Source: Phoronis australis (taxonomy: Eukaryota > Animalia > Phoronida). Taken from it: a DNA stretch of 64,000 bases. Under the pieces are notes generated by a model. That model did no database searches and was not told where the DNA came from. It saw only the letters and a list, made by a program, of their open reading frames with translations. Position numbers and translations under genes: made by a program. Below are positions 61,788-64,000 of this stretch, piece by piece; positions within the stretch are counted from its first letter, which is position 1, and every line of letters starts with the position of its first letter. The stretch is taken from contig NMRA01000308.1 of assembly GCA_002633005.1 (NCBI GenBank), positions 124,001-188,000 on the forward strand, written 5' to 3'.

Positions 61788-62729
61788 AGGTTTTTTGCAC
61801 CACCTTGTGGCCATTTTTGTTGTCCGTTTTTTTGGCGTCCGCCCCTCTAACAACCAAACCACTCTAAGGATGATTGTGAAAATTGGCATGTATGGTCTTA
61901 CTATGAAGAAGACGGTGGATGATGATTTTCTGATGACTTCGGCTACTGTGGCGTCACCTAGTGACAGTTTTGTTTGTTTTTGTGATCTGGGCTGTATCTC
62001 CTAAACGCTCTACAGGATCTTTATTAAATTTAGCAAATGTATTTATATAAAGTTGAGAACAGACGATGACGATTTTCGAACAGATCGGTCTACCGGTGGG
62101 CCACCTAGTGGCAATTTTAGTTTTTTACTTTTATCGCTGTATCTTCAAAGGTACTCAACGGATTTCCATAAAATTTGGCACATAGACCTCCATTAGTGAG
62201 GTGCGCTAGCCATTCATCGGATTGATTCAAGTTTTTTGCGCCACCTAGTGGCCATTTTTGTTGTTTTTTAGTCTGTTTTGTGGCGTTCGTCCTTCTGTCA
62301 ATCAAACCACCAACGATGATTGTGAAAGTTGGCATGTATGTTCTTTCTATGAAGATGACGGTTGCCGATGATTTTCTGATGACTTCGACTACTGTGGCAC
62401 CTCCTAGTGGCGTTTTTTTTTTTGTACCCATACCTGTATCTCCTAAGCCCTCTGCAGGATCTTTATTAAATTTAGCTCATGAATTTAGTAAGAGAAGATG
62501 ATGACTTTTAGACGGATCCGATGAATACTGTGCCCCCTAGTGGCAATTTCGTTTATTTTGTTTTCCTCTGTTTCTCTGAAGTTCCTTGGCTAATTTTAAT
62601 TAAAGTTGGTAAATGGCTTTCTTTTTAAGAAATGATGAAATTTTTTAGTTTTCATGATACAAATAAACAACCCTAAAAGCACACCATTTGCAATGCATTC
62701 TTGGGCGCATTTCAACGCATTTCTTGTTT
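61788..62729 (-). mobile_element. Same HINE-like family, 5' part in reverse orientation
   Basis: CCACCTAGTGGC units; ends GGGCGCATTTCA..TTCTTGTTT. Confidence 0.55.
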
Positions 62730-62739
62730 AAAAAAATGT

Positions 62740-63580
62740 GCTGAAATTTCAGGGCAAAAACTTGCCGACTGATGCGTCGCTGTCTCGCGATCGTCGATAG
62801 GGAAACTTGAATTCTTGAGTAAAAATACAGTTTCAACTCAAATTACCTGAAATCCTCCTTAAGTTTTCCAAATAGCGTCACTAAGACTTTTAAGTTCCTG
62901 TGAAGTCGGGATTAACCTCAGATTAAGTCCAAATCTGCGCTAGGTTGCACCCCACAACACGAGAAAAATCTGGACGAACACACATGTTGTCACGTGACGT
63001 TTGGTTTGAAGTTAGTCTGCAGGTGTGTGCTAAGTGAGCGATCGCGTGCGTGTCATCAGAGTTCGTTTGCCAAAGTAGTATATGTAGGCCCTAGCACGCG
63101 TTTCTGGACCACATGCTTATTAACACTGGTCAAGTTTCGTTTCGCGGTTTTTACATACAAAGTAATCTGGATTCCTGTTGAGGGAGAAGATCTGTATAGG
63201 AAAGATACAATACAATCTTGATGACATGTACGTTGCGTCTGTTCTGAAAGGCCTGACCATATTGGGACACATTCCTCGCAAGATCAGCAAAACTTTAGCG
63301 TTCTTTTTGAAGCACTGCAGAAGTTTGAAGTGCACAGTCACAGGTAAATACCGACATAGCGGCGAGGCTCGTGGTTCAGAAATTCTGCGCACAATGATTT
63401 TTCAGGACTGTCTGATCATATTATTGATAAATTGAAGAAATTACTGTAGAATTTTAGAACTGTAGGTAAGACATTTTTCGCATATGTACATGTTCATGGA
63501 CTGGGTGCTTAATTATTTTAACGAAGTGAAAATGAGCGGGGGCGCTTATAAGGGCATGGGCGCTTACTAGGACCAATGTT
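62740..63580 (+). mobile_element. Second copy of the pogo-like family with a HIRAN-like pseudo-ORF
   Basis: Homologous to 7090-8100; YKVIWIPVEGEDL / NLDDMYVASV..ILGHIPRKISKTLAFFLKHC..CTVTGK. Confidence 0.7.
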
Positions 63581-64000
63581 ATTATTTATAAATTAATTTT
63601 GGTTAAAATGACAATGAACATTACAGTAGAAATCAGTTCCAAGAAATATGGTATTTCACTCGCTGTGAGCACATGGACCGGTCTTCCGCCTTTCCCCCCT
63701 TTTCTTCATTTCGGACTAGTCCACAAATTCCTTTGTGCACGACCACACACTGATCTTTTGTCTAGACGAATCGCACAGCGGGTGACATCTACTGAATCGG
63801 TAGGAGCGCACTGCGCCGATGTTTTTCACTGCCGCAGCATTGACACGCTGACCAAACTGATAAAAATTGAATTCATGGCAAAAACAGCACATTGGGGAGA
63901 AAATTTGTTCATGTTCACCTGGGAAACGATATAGTGCTTTTGCGGTCTGAAAATTCGCTCGCCACCTGGGTGACTGGCAAGTCAACTTCCACTCACCCAG

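Overview
AT-rich eukaryotic (metazoan, probably marine invertebrate) genomic DNA with spliceosomal introns and two assembly gaps (5301-5571, 13673-13677). Three intron-containing genes were reconstructed by hand with phase-consistent splice sites. (1) A SEPT6-group septin on + (9 exons, 767-18802; the 5' exon lies upstream of the window). (2) An N4BP2 homologue on - (15 exons, 58755-24246, about 1674 aa; CUE, P-loop kinase, CUE, DUF1771, Smr), whose first coding intron needs a GC donor. (3) A 7-exon DNase I-family gene on + (31230-40835, 449 aa), nested antisense in a 13.6 kb N4BP2 intron. The DNase I-like protein is the most unusual feature: signal peptide, intact fold, four substituted metal-site residues (N7H, E39G, N170G, D251H in bovine numbering), and an acidic tail of about 170 aa ending in KEEL, which suggests an ER-retained pseudo-nuclease or re-metallated enzyme. 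The introns hold many decayed DNA transposons (Kolobok, hAT, Harbinger-like, pogo-like with HIRAN remnants), a Helentron/HINE-like repeat carrying arrays of CTCF-like motifs, a tRNA-SINE inside a LINE tail, and many minisatellites. All family assignments come from motif recognition, not database searches.
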